The notes under the pieces are model-generated. The model saw only the letters and a program-made list of their open reading frames with translations. It was not told where the DNA came from and ran no database searches. DNA of 64,000 nt. Source: a virus. Taxonomy: Duplodnaviria > Caudoviricetes. Position numbers and translations under genes: made by a program. This document shows positions 18,426 through 27,767 of this stretch, one piece after another (positions within the stretch are counted from its first letter, which is position 1; each line of letters starts with the position of its first letter). The stretch is from the IMG/VR virus record IMGVR_UViG_3300027807_000003, positions 70,333 to 134,332 of that record, one strand, 5' to 3'.

Positions 18426-19295
18426 TTGGTCAAAAAAGTGCTGGCCGATAAAATTTCCACACAACCGACATCAGTTTCAAAAACGTCACCCGTAGACTGC
18501 TTTGTGGCAACCGTGCCTGAGCCAAAGTCTAAACTGCCATACGCCTCACAGATCGAGGCGTTCAGAAATGATATTCGAGTTCTATCCGATTCCCTTTCCC
18601 CCAATGGGGTAGCTTGGCTTTGGTGCAAGGATTTTATATGGAAGCCCATACCTAACTGGGATCTACCAGGTATAGGAGTTTCCTATCGAGATATAGCAAA
18701 AGATTACGTAGCTCGCCTATTGGGGGCAGAACCCCCTACTAATCCGCAGGATGAACCAAATAGGGAAGATTTTTGGTTTAAAGATGCAAGTCAAGGTAAA
18801 TATATCTCTGTCCATGTAAAGTGGGTTCCCAATGGGAAAGATGCTTGCTTAGAAGTTGATTTAGGGAAGCTAGCCTCTGATGTTTATGTGCTTGTTCAAG
18901 GTGAAGAGATGAACATCTTAGGGTGGGCTGGTATCAATTATCTAAAATGTGTTGGCCCTACAAATCGTGGGGATGGATCTGGTGCTAAATATTATTTGCA
19001 TCACACACGGCTTTTACCCTTTGATGCTATAGAAGCACATTCACAATATCTTCGTTGGGGAGAATGGGCCCATTTCCCATCCCGGATAGTTAACCTGCTG
19101 CGGTGTGCTGGTTTTTTTATCCAAGAATTTAGGAAGGAAGATGATCGCCACATCCTGCTCGCCTCAAAAAGCAGAAGGACGACACCCGATCGCACTCCCC
19201 GGACATATCAAGACTGCATCGAATTGGTCTGCGATCCATTTGACTCCCCAGTGGTTAGAACCCACTGGGGATTTTTGCGGGAAAAACGGAACTAA
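18426..19295 (+). CDS. Hypothetical protein
   Basis: 289-aa ORF, first gene of the rightward block. Confidence 0.6.
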   Translation: MVKKVLADKISTQPTSVSKTSPVDCFVATVPEPKSKLPYASQIEAFRNDIRVLSDSLSPNGVAWLWCKDFIWKPIPNWDLPGIGVSYRDIAKDYVARLLGAEPPTNPQDEPNREDFWFKDASQGKYISVHVKWVPNGKDACLEVDLGKLASDVYVLVQGEEMNILGWAGINYLKCVGPTNRGDGSGAKYYLHHTRLLPFDAIEAHSQYLRWGEWAHFPSRIVNLLRCAGFFIQEFRKEDDRHILLASKSRRTTPDRTPRTYQDCIELVCDPFDSPVVRTHWGFLREKRN

Positions 19296-19315
19296 CACAA
19301 TTTAAAGGAAGCAAA

Positions 19316-19606
19316 ATGGTACGTATCTTTAGAAACATCCTTGCTGTCAGCTATTTCCTCGATAGAGGAACAATAATCAGAAATGTAAAGTGTCAGGGTA
19401 ATGTCCTAACTGGACAGTTCTGGGATAAAGATAACCCCGACCAGGTTTCTAGTGTGGAAATCGTTCTAGATATCCCCAACCTTAAATACTCCCTATTCGT
19501 ATCCAACCCATCTGGGGCTGGTTCTGCCTCTAGAGGTATGAACCTAGCCTACGCCAAAGGGTGGGAATCTCTGCTGTCAACTGCAAAATTACCTATAGCC
19601 GCTTAA
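19316..19606 (+). CDS. Hypothetical protein
   Basis: 96-aa ORF with an AAGGA RBS. Confidence 0.6.
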   Translation: MVRIFRNILAVSYFLDRGTIIRNVKCQGNVLTGQFWDKDNPDQVSSVEIVLDIPNLKYSLFVSNPSGAGSASRGMNLAYAKGWESLLSTAKLPIAA

Positions 19607-19609
19607 CTT

Positions 19610-22060
19610 ATGTTCCCCCAATCAGCAACTTGTGCGTTCCCCGTGTTTTATAAATCTTACTCTCGCTATATCAAAGGAGCTAGAGAAAGTTGGAAGATGA
19701 CGTGCGATCGCACTACACAAGCTTTGTTTGAATTGGGGGATTTTGCGGACTGGGAGCGACAGCTAGTCCGAGAGAGCCTAGATAAATTACACGTTATTCC
19801 CTCCGGCCGCTGGTTATGGGTGGGGGGAACAGAATGGTTAAACAAACCAGAGAACTACTCTGGAGCCTTTAATTGTACTGGTACAGATATTATTGATTGG
19901 CATAGCTTTGGCTTGCTAATGGGGTTAGCTATGCAAGGCAGTGGTACTGGTGCTGTCTTAGAGCCTCGCTGTATTAATAATCTGCCCATGATTCGCGTTC
20001 ACATTGATGTGGAAGTTGCAGATAACTTAGGGCAGAATTACCCCTATCCAGAGGGTGTAGGAGACACAACTGAAGTCCACCTAATTAAACCTGGCTTTTA
20101 TAGCATGTCCGTGGGGGACTCCCGACAAGGGTGGGTAGATGCATATCAGTGGTTCTTGGAAAAGTCCAGCGATCCTGATGAGTTACCCAGTATTAAAGTC
20201 ATCGTTGATCTATCCTTTGTTCGCCAATCAGGTTCTCCACTAAAAGGGTTTGGTGGAACTGCTAATCCAGTAAAGTTGCCGAACCTATTTAAAAAAATCA
20301 CTAAAATTACCAACGCAGCTGTAGGCAGATATCTCACCTCACTTGAATGTTGCCTATTAATAGATGAAGCTGCTTTGTGTGTTGTAGCTGGAAATATCCG
20401 CCGTAGTGCCGGAATCCGCCAATTTTGTGCCGATGACCTGATCGCAGAAAACGCTAAAACTAGCCTTTGGCAGCAAGATAGTTTAGGTAATTGGAAGATT
20501 GACCCAGACCGTGATGCCCTGCGGATGGCAAACCATACCCGTGTCTTCCACCGTAAACCTACCCTTGATGAATGTATTGGCTCGGTTCGGAAGCAGTACT
20601 ATAGCGGTGAAGGTGCAATTCAATGGGCTGGAGAGGCGATCGCCCGTGCCAACGCGGATATTCTTAACACCTCAGAATTAAAGCAGCAGTTTTTAGATAG
20701 CTACGAGGGAAATAGATTTTATGCCGCAAGCACTCTGAGGGCGATCAGTTATCGGGCGGGTGTTGAAATGGATGAGGATGAGCTAGATCATCGGATGTCT
20801 AGGTATTCTCTTAACCCATGTGGAGAAATTTGTGGTAAAGATTTTCACTGTAACCTCTCTGAGGTGCATTTATCACAAATTAACCCATTAGACTTTGAAT
20901 CCCAACGTAAAGCTTTTAGGGCAGGAGCTTTAATCGTCTGTGCATTACTTAAGCGTGGATTCACCGAAGAACGGTACCAGCGATCGCGCGATTTAGATCC
21001 GATTGTGGCAGTGTCGTTTACGGGATGGTTTGACTTCTGCGTGAATCTGTTTGGTGTGAAGTATTTAGAATGGTATGCAGCGGGTCGGGGTTTAGATTGG
21101 GGGCAATACCCGGATGAGAAGTTTATCATCCTTAAACCCAACGCCACTTTTGATAAGTATCAATCTGTTCTGTATAAAGATCACCTGAAAATCTTTCTAC
21201 CACCTGAGATTTATCGGATTTGTAGCGATCGCTTTTTAAGGCTTGGGGATGAGTTCCGGCAAACACTAGGTCAGGTATTCCAAATAATTGAGGAAATATA
21301 TCTTTCGCAATGGAAAGGTATAGTTGCCCAGATGGTTGAGAGTTACTGTGACTACCATTTACTCAAACAACCAAACCGATTTACCACTGTTCAGCCCGCT
21401 GGCACCAAAAGTCTCCTAACTGGCTCAAGTCCAGGGTGGCATCCTCCCAAGGATACCTACTACCTTCGCCGGATTACGATGCCCAAAAATGATCCGGTGG
21501 CTCTAGCATGCATTGACTACGGTTACAGTGTGGTTCCCTCTCAGCTAGATAAGGATAAGCATGGTGTTCTGCTAGATGACCCCTTTGACCCCCGCTGTAC
21601 TGAATGGTTAGTTGAAATTCCTACTTGCACTAATTGGGCACATCTGCCGGGTGTTGATCAAGTTGATATTTCCCAACTCCCATTTATTGCCCAATGGCGA
21701 GCCTATATGACTGTCCAGCAGCACTGGACAACCTTCAACACCAGCGCCACTTTGGAAATTACCGCAGATGAAATCGAGGAAGCTGGACGCTGTATCCACC
21801 AAGCCATTGAGCAGGACCAAGGATATGTGTCTGCTGCAATCCTAGCTCGGTTCCATGATAAACAAACCTTTCCCCGCCTCCCATTTGAGCCAATTACTAA
21901 AGATCAGTACGAAGTGTTGATGGCGATCGCTCTAAGTAGGCGAAAAAATGATGATTTTGACTATTTAGTTAATTTACACACACCTACAGACTTTTCTCAA
22001 TCTAAAGAAGCTGGTGATGGTGTGGTGGGATGTGATTCAGGAGCCTGTTTATTGCCATGA
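19610..22060 (+). CDS. nrdJ: Class II (adenosylcobalamin-dependent) ribonucleoside-triphosphate reductase
   Basis: PSGRWLWVGG, FNC, GNIRRSA, NPCGEI, CNLSE and TTVQPAGTKS motifs, with C-terminal CDSGAC. Confidence 0.95.
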   Translation: MFPQSATCAFPVFYKSYSRYIKGARESWKMTCDRTTQALFELGDFADWERQLVRESLDKLHVIPSGRWLWVGGTEWLNKPENYSGAFNCTGTDIIDWHSFGLLMGLAMQGSGTGAVLEPRCINNLPMIRVHIDVEVADNLGQNYPYPEGVGDTTEVHLIKPGFYSMSVGDSRQGWVDAYQWFLEKSSDPDELPSIKVIVDLSFVRQSGSPLKGFGGTANPVKLPNLFKKITKITNAAVGRYLTSLECCLLIDEAALCVVAGNIRRSAGIRQFCADDLIAENAKTSLWQQDSLGNWKIDPDRDALRMANHTRVFHRKPTLDECIGSVRKQYYSGEGAIQWAGEAIARANADILNTSELKQQFLDSYEGNRFYAASTLRAISYRAGVEMDEDELDHRMSRYSLNPCGEICGKDFHCNLSEVHLSQINPLDFESQRKAFRAGALIVCALLKRGFTEERYQRSRDLDPIVAVSFTGWFDFCVNLFGVKYLEWYAAGRGLDWGQYPDEKFIILKPNATFDKYQSVLYKDHLKIFLPPEIYRICSDRFLRLGDEFRQTLGQVFQIIEEIYLSQWKGIVAQMVESYCDYHLLKQPNRFTTVQPAGTKSLLTGSSPGWHPPKDTYYLRRITMPKNDPVALACIDYGYSVVPSQLDKDKHGVLLDDPFDPRCTEWLVEIPTCTNWAHLPGVDQVDISQLPFIAQWRAYMTVQQHWTTFNTSATLEITADEIEEAGRCIHQAIEQDQGYVSAAILARFHDKQTFPRLPFEPITKDQYEVLMAIALSRRKNDDFDYLVNLHTPTDFSQSKEAGDGVVGCDSGACLLP

Positions 22061-22263
22061 TCGAATTAACAACAGAGCAGGAGTTTAAAATTCATGCTTT
22101 TAAATTACAAGTTGAAAGCATGAATGATGAACAAATCAAGAGTATGTTGGTTAAAATACATGAGCGGATAATCGTAGCCGATACCTTGTATATGCGAGAA
22201 ATTAAGAAACGGTGGGGATTAGATGCACCAGATGCAACTGTACTACCAGAAAGTTTAGGTTAA
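22057..22263 (+). CDS. nblA: Phycobilisome degradation protein NblA
   Basis: ELTTEQEFKIHAFKLQVESMNDEQIKSMLVKIHE...KKRWGL matches the NblA pattern LSLEQ.F....F...V..MS.EQ...L...WG. Confidence 0.88.
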   Translation: MIELTTEQEFKIHAFKLQVESMNDEQIKSMLVKIHERIIVADTLYMREIKKRWGLDAPDATVLPESLG

Positions 22264-22279
22264 AAATATAGGAGTAAAA

Positions 22280-22651
22280 TTGATTAAAGTATCTGATGAA
22301 CAAATTGAGTTAGCTGCTAAGCGGGTTTTCTGTGCCTACTTCCCAGAAAAAAATTGGGATAATATCCCAGAACAAGAACGCCAAACTTGGATTCAAGATG
22401 CTAAAAAGGCCATAACTGGAGAAAAAATGACTGAACAATTTACAGTAAAAGAAGTAGTAATTAACGAACCTGCGGTAGCCGAACTTGATATGTCCGCGAT
22501 CGCTGAATTATTGTATGAAGCCTACGGTGACGCAGCTTGTTGGAAAAATTATCAAGGTAAATCAATGCCAAGATGGGGAGACTTACCAGAGAATATTCGT
22601 ACTTACTGGACTGCATCGGCAGATAAAGCTAGGACAATTTTTACATCTTAA
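22280..22651 (+). CDS. Hypothetical protein with two similar Trp-containing repeats
   Basis: WDNIPEQERQTW and WGDLPENIRTYW. Confidence 0.6.
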   Translation: MIKVSDEQIELAAKRVFCAYFPEKNWDNIPEQERQTWIQDAKKAITGEKMTEQFTVKEVVINEPAVAELDMSAIAELLYEAYGDAACWKNYQGKSMPRWGDLPENIRTYWTASADKARTIFTS

Positions 22652-22655
22652 TCCC

Positions 22656-23114
22656 ATGTCATCCCCTGTATTTTCCTTTGAGTATGATGACACCCAACTA
22701 CAGCAAGCACTAAAAAGATTGTCTGTTGCTTGTAATGACCTTACACCTACAATGACAGAAATTGGTGAGGCAGCATTGCTTTCTATTGATCTGCGATTTC
22801 AGCAAGAAGTAGACCCAGATGGATTAGCGTGGAAACCATTATCTACCTATACGCTAGCTCTCAAAAAATCTGAAGGCAGAATCCTCAAAATTCTCCAGTG
22901 TACAGGAATGATGCGAAGCAGCTTCCGCTATCGTGTTACCTCCAATAGTTGTACCGTAGGGACTAATGATCCAAAGGCAGTTAAACACCAGTTAGGGATT
23001 GGGGTACCTCAGCGGAAAATACTGGGTTTCAACGAAGAAGATAAGCAGGAGTTCTTAGCAATAATTGAAGACAACATAGCATCAGCAATTAATAATACTA
23101 AATTAAACGGATAA
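22656..23114 (+). CDS. Phage virion morphogenesis protein (Mu gpG / P2 gpS-like)
   Basis: DLTPTMTEIGE...RFQQEVDPDGLAWKPLS...ILQCTG...VGTN...HQLG...PQRKILG; ATG at 22656. Confidence 0.88.
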   Translation: MSSPVFSFEYDDTQLQQALKRLSVACNDLTPTMTEIGEAALLSIDLRFQQEVDPDGLAWKPLSTYTLALKKSEGRILKILQCTGMMRSSFRYRVTSNSCTVGTNDPKAVKHQLGIGVPQRKILGFNEEDKQEFLAIIEDNIASAINNTKLNG

Positions 23115-23134
23115 ACGGAGGGTAATAAAATGGC

Positions 23135-23347
23135 ATGGAAAAATACTTTGTAGAATTTGCAGCTTACGAATGGACAAAATTAGTAGCAAACGGTAGTTAC
23201 GAAGTTTATTGTTGTAATGACGGATGGTCTTTCTCAGCAATTACTAAACTTAAAAAAGAGATTATGGAAAAAGTAGAAGCTAAAGGGCATACACCTACTT
23301 ATATTCAAATAATTAATTTATATCCAATAACATCTGAAACTTCATAA
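23135..23347 (+). CDS. Hypothetical protein
   Basis: 70-aa ORF with a GGAGGG RBS upstream. Confidence 0.55.
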   Translation: MEKYFVEFAAYEWTKLVANGSYEVYCCNDGWSFSAITKLKKEIMEKVEAKGHTPTYIQIINLYPITSETS

Positions 23348-23355
23348 ATTAAATC

Positions 23356-23754
23356 ATGAAAACCTCCCCCTACTGCAAAAAACGGCATGGTACCCCCAAT
23401 GGTGCCTGCAACTCATTCCCGGTTCCCGACTGTAAGATTTGCGGACAGAAAAACCTCGACAACCATAACTGGTACTGCCCTAATTGCTTCCGCTGCCTTG
23501 AGTGCGAAAAAGTAGTTGAAAAGTTTGTCAAAGATGGTGAATTACCGGAAATTCCTTCAACTATTTTGGTTGATCCGCATAGGGGAAAAGATAGAATTAG
23601 AATTCCTAAATTCACTCACTCTAAAGAGGTTTGCAGGGTTTATCGTTTTAGTCCTGTAAATAATGCTTATGTTAGCGATCGCCCCACAGGAATAGTATTG
23701 AAAGGTGAACAAATTGGTCAATTACTCAATGGCAATTTAAATTTGTTAAGATAA
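23356..23754 (+). CDS. Cys-rich (zinc-finger) hypothetical protein
   Basis: CKIC, CPNC and CLEC motifs. Confidence 0.6.
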   Translation: MKTSPYCKKRHGTPNGACNSFPVPDCKICGQKNLDNHNWYCPNCFRCLECEKVVEKFVKDGELPEIPSTILVDPHRGKDRIRIPKFTHSKEVCRVYRFSPVNNAYVSDRPTGIVLKGEQIGQLLNGNLNLLR

Positions 23755-23764
23755 AATTCAAGTG

Positions 23765-23821
23765 TGCATATTCTTTTTTTGACCCCCAAGTAAGTTTGAG
23801 TATTTGGGGGTTCTGTTTTGG
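23765..23821 (+). repeat. About 57-bp direct repeat copy 1, with terminator-like hairpin
   Basis: TGCATATTC(T)nGACCCCCAAGTAAGTTTGAGTATTTGGGGGTT...; near-identical copy at 24489. Confidence 0.85.
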
Positions 23822-23912
23822 CTTTTTTATTGACTTTATACGTATACTACTATATTGTTTAAATAATCAATTATTTCCAACCAACCAATTAATCAATCAA
23901 CCGAGGTGCGAC

Positions 23913-24449
23913 ATGGCTAATTTTCGGGCTTTTTTCCCTAGAACAGATAACTTGGTAAGAGTTGCAGGCTACAATTTATTGCACAACAAAATAGTCCAAT
24001 TACCCGACGGCATGCACAAAACTATTGTGGATACAAATCATCTGACCAGCGTTGATTTTAGATTTAGTATTGAAATCATTATCGATCCACACAAACTTGA
24101 GAAAACAGGAAAACCTGAATTAGTTTCGCTATTTAACTCCACGGATACCTACAATTTAGGTATCATCCATGATGGAGAACTCATGGATGATGAAGATATC
24201 ATAGCGTTATTTAATCTGGTCAAATCCAGGCTAAAGATTGTACACGCTATTAAAACGTCCCACGCTTCTTATAGCCTCCAGTGTGAGGCTGAAAATGATT
24301 GGGAACTGTTAGAATTTTGCCTTAAGTATCAAAATTTGATATCTGACAGAGCAAAACACGAATCTGCTATAAATTCACTCAAGTCACTCAAGCCTCTAAA
24401 GCCAAAAAAAGATGAGCAAGAAGATGAGGAATATTATGTATGTAGATAA
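23913..24449 (+). CDS. Hypothetical protein
   Basis: GAGGTG RBS precedes the ATG at 23913 within the listed ORF. Confidence 0.6.
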   Translation: MANFRAFFPRTDNLVRVAGYNLLHNKIVQLPDGMHKTIVDTNHLTSVDFRFSIEIIIDPHKLEKTGKPELVSLFNSTDTYNLGIIHDGELMDDEDIIALFNLVKSRLKIVHAIKTSHASYSLQCEAENDWELLEFCLKYQNLISDRAKHESAINSLKSLKPLKPKKDEQEDEEYYVCR

Positions 24450-24488
24450 AATAGTCTAAAATAATCTTGTTAACCCTGAATATAGGCT

Positions 24489-24546
24489 TGCATATTCTTT
24501 TTTTTGACCCCCAAGTAAGTTTGAGTATTTGGGGGTTTTGTTTTGG
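24489..24546 (+). repeat. About 57-bp direct repeat copy 2
   Basis: Near-identical to 23765-23821. Confidence 0.85.
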
Positions 24547-24610
24547 GTGTTAATGGCGATCGCTACTTTATTCAAGTAAAATAATTATGTAATCATTGTA
24601 TAAAAATAAT

Positions 24611-24877
24611 ATGAACACAGTCACTCAAGAACAAATTACCGCTTTATTGGATGAAGCAGAAACGCAAGAACATACTTTTTGGGGAAAAGAATTAGTGGTT
24701 AGTTACAAACTAAAATCGGGTTTTACTATTTTGGGTAGAGGGGCATGCGTAGACCCAGCTAATTTTGTTTTAGAAGTTGGCAGAGAATGGGCACGTAAAG
24801 ACGCTGAACGCCAGTTATGGCAACTTGAAGGATACATACTTCAAAATGTTTTAGCTGGTACAATTACAAAACAATAG
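24611..24877 (+). CDS. Phage protein, N4 Gp49 / Sf6 gene 66 family
   Basis: LKSGFTILGRGACVDPANF..EVG...A...LWQLEGY signature. Confidence 0.85.
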   Translation: MNTVTQEQITALLDEAETQEHTFWGKELVVSYKLKSGFTILGRGACVDPANFVLEVGREWARKDAERQLWQLEGYILQNVLAGTITKQ

Positions 24878-24910
24878 GTGAAAGCCTATTTCTTAGCGAT
24901 CGCCATTAAC

Positions 24911-26686
24911 CCGCCTAAAATTACTCCGGAGTATTCCGGAGTAAAAATTGACCTTTTCTAATAATCAATTTTTTCAGTCTTTTTAAAACGGGAAGCCATG
25001 TATAGTAATGACTCTGAATTTTGCGGAATATTCCTGAAAATTCAAACACAAGTCAATTCTTTAAAGGAGATAATATTAGTAATTAGTTCACATTATGGGG
25101 TAATTCCCATTTTTGCAGGATTTCCTGCAAAAATCAATGTGTCGTAAATGATTTAGCTTTTACCAAAAAGTGGTATCACAGTTAAACCCTTGCAGGGCAG
25201 GTATTCTAGCCAAAAAATTTAAGAAGTGGTAAGTAAAACCTTCAAGTGAAGGCGATCGCCCTCACTTGAAGTCCGGTTATGATCCAAAGCATAATAATGG
25301 GTACTGCCTATTTGTTATGCTTTTTGGTACTCTATATAACCCAGAAATAGTCTGAGTATACTTAAAGATCTTAGATGCACCAACATCTAAGGCTTTTTCT
25401 TTCTGATATATCCATCATATCTTATCCGCCTTCACTTGTATTTGTCAGAAAATTGATTTTGTTACATATTCAAAACCGTTCCGGGAATTCCCGGAACGGG
25501 GAAGTACCCTATATCAAACAATCTTGAAAATTACCTGAAACCTTATCTTCGTAAGGATTGAAGGTTCATATTGAATGATCCTGAGGTCGTAAAGTTGTCA
25601 TAGATGAACTTTGTCAAGCTATTGCTAAATATTATGCCTTTGATGCTCGATCAATGCTTTCAGCTTTTAATTATGGGGATGTTTTTAGGATTTTTGGTCA
25701 CATATCAAACACGGGATTTCCCGTAATTGAGCAATATCAAGGGTTTCAGCTACTCAATACGGAGAAATATTGATTTAGCCCCAAAGGGTATCAGTTGCAG
25801 TGATACCCTTTTTGAAACTGTTACAAGTTCAATGATTTTTCCGGGTTCAAACCGGAAAAATAAAAACCCAAAAAAGTAAACACTCTCAAACATATACCAG
25901 AAGCAAGTTTCAAGTAATTTAAATATAAAAAAGTAAACACCTCCTATGATATCGTAACAAATTCAAAACAGTAGTAAGTTTAACTCACTGGGGAGCATGC
26001 CATCTTTGCAATGGAGTGTTTATACTCATGACTCAAAACGCTCTACTTATAGGCTTTCAACTACCTCATTGCCCAGGCACTCAATTTATGTATCTTCAAA
26101 AGTGACATGGTCCCACTCGTTGCCCTGTAAAGATTTAAGGGACGTGAGAGGTAATATACCTTTCAGCGATTTAATCACTATTTGATTTATTTCGGTCAAC
26201 CTGAAAATATTGCCAAATGGTAGTTTTGGGAAATAAAGTACATTATTTCGGTCAACCTTAAAGGGTACAAACGATCTTCGTACCTTTTATTGATTCCGTT
26301 ACAAGCTTAAAAAGGGTATAGCCATAACCTATACCCTTTTACTTTAGTGGTTTAGTACGGAGGGTTTGGCGATCGCCAAACCCATCCGAACGAATTTAAT
26401 TATTTTTCTACTTTAATCCTTGCAAATGCTGTCTTATAAGGATTTTAGTAATGTGGGCGATCGTAAAAGATGAAAGTTCATTCCGGGAATTTATAGGGTC
26501 AAATAGCCCAGAAGCTTTGCCCTATAAGGATTTCAAATCCGGGAAAATTAAAACCGATGATACAATTTTGATTAACCTCAAAGGGTAAGAAGATAATTCT
26601 TACCCTTTATTGATCCTGTTACAGGTTTTAGAAAATTATCTGCTATCCTTAATTGAAAGTGTTACAGAATCAAAGGTAATTAGTTT
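24911..26686. other. Palindrome-rich non-coding region (candidate origin / partition / recombination locus)
   Basis: No credible ORF over 1.8 kb; more than 10 inverted repeats and several short direct repeats. Confidence 0.7.
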
Positions 26687-27156
26687 ATGCCGCGTGGTGG
26701 GACTAGGTTAAATGCGGGGGCTAAATTTAAGTGGAAGCGTGGTAAAACTAAGGTAATAAGAGTTCCAATCTTGCTATCCGATAAAATACTTGATTATGCT
26801 AAATCTCTCGATTCTGCACAGGTTATAGAAATCGAAACAGAATCAAAAACTTTAGATTTATCAGGAATAAGTATTCGAGTTTGCAATGGTAAATCCGCTG
26901 TTTACTTAGAAGATTTAGCTAGGGCAGGATTTGAAATCCTACCTGAGCGACTAGGAAGAATTTTCAAATCTATTTCAGGCTAAAGCGAAAAGGGTCTGGC
27001 TTCAAGTATTTCTCCGTTTTGAAAACGGAGTGAACTAAATCTATCCTGCCCAAGAAAGAAATTGGCCCGCACCCTCAAGCCTTGATATATCAATGGTTTC
27101 AGCATAAAATATGAAGAATTGGCCCGCACCCCCTTTTGAACTTGTAACAGATTCAA
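25453..27156. promoter_or_regulatory. Seven copies of the 21-bp dyad TTGA-N4-GT(T/A)AC-N4-TCAA
   Basis: Copies at 25453, 25812, 25946, 26290, 26610, 26653 and 27136 (0-2 mismatches). Confidence 0.75.
26687..26983 (+). CDS. Small basic DNA-binding protein (MPRGGxRxxAG...TKVIRVP type)
   Basis: N-terminus is typical of small cyanobacterial mobile-element proteins with an RHH-like strand. Confidence 0.7.
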   Translation: MPRGGTRLNAGAKFKWKRGKTKVIRVPILLSDKILDYAKSLDSAQVIEIETESKTLDLSGISIRVCNGKSAVYLEDLARAGFEILPERLGRIFKSISG

Positions 27157-27767
27157 GCTAATGTTAGTTTCAGGTAAGTTTGGTGATTCGCCATAAATGC
27201 TGTCCTTGTGGCAGGGACTTCCCATTTTTGTACAGATTTTTGCCACACCTCACCCCATTTTGTGGAGTAAGCTAGAGCGTGGAATTTTGTGAGTAATTTA
27301 CTATCGGTTAATATCTCTTGTCCTTGCGGGCAGTTTTTATGCACCATTACCCACAAGAAAGTGTCATCTACTATTTTTGGGCGTGGGTACATTCCCCCTA
27401 ATATCCTTATCTCGCTACCAAGAATCCCTTGTAAAAATTTATCAACTTTAGTAAATGCAAATGCACCGATTTTCTCGATGTTTTCTTTTGTATAGTCTAA
27501 AATGGCTCGGATTGTCTCAATCCTGGTACTTGCATTTGTTATCGTTATATTTTTGACTCCTATTGATTGTTGGAGTCTCAAAATATCCATCATCATATAT
27601 CCCGTGACAGTATTAATATCCTCCTGAGTTAAAAACTTTTTGGTTTCCCATTCCTCTAATTCGTCTAAAAACCTATAAGCTTGATCCATCGCTTTCTCCT
27701 TTTGGCTTTTTGTAACTGCAATATTTAACTCCTGAATTCCCTGTGAACTCTTACGCCTTGCTTTCAA
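27153..27767 (-). CDS. Hypothetical protein
   Basis: 204-aa ORF coupled to the upstream HTH gene. Confidence 0.55.
   Translation of the reverse strand: MKARRKSSQGIQELNIAVTKSQKEKAMDQAYRFLDELEEWETKKFLTQEDINTVTGYMMMDILRLQQSIGVKNITITNASTRIETIRAILDYTKENIEKIGAFAFTKVDKFLQGILGSEIRILGGMYPRPKIVDDTFLWVMVHKNCPQGQEILTDSKLLTKFHALAYSTKWGEVWQKSVQKWEVPATRTAFMANHQTYLKLTLA

Noticed and set aside
19610-22060. Intein or intron in nrdJ (or dnaB)
   Set aside because: The ORFs are continuous and near normal length, with no C-terminal HN-C/S/T splice junction or LAGLIDADG motifs seen.
25997-26185. 62-aa ORF in the palindrome region
   Set aside because: No recognisable features, and it sits within a repeat-rich non-coding tract.
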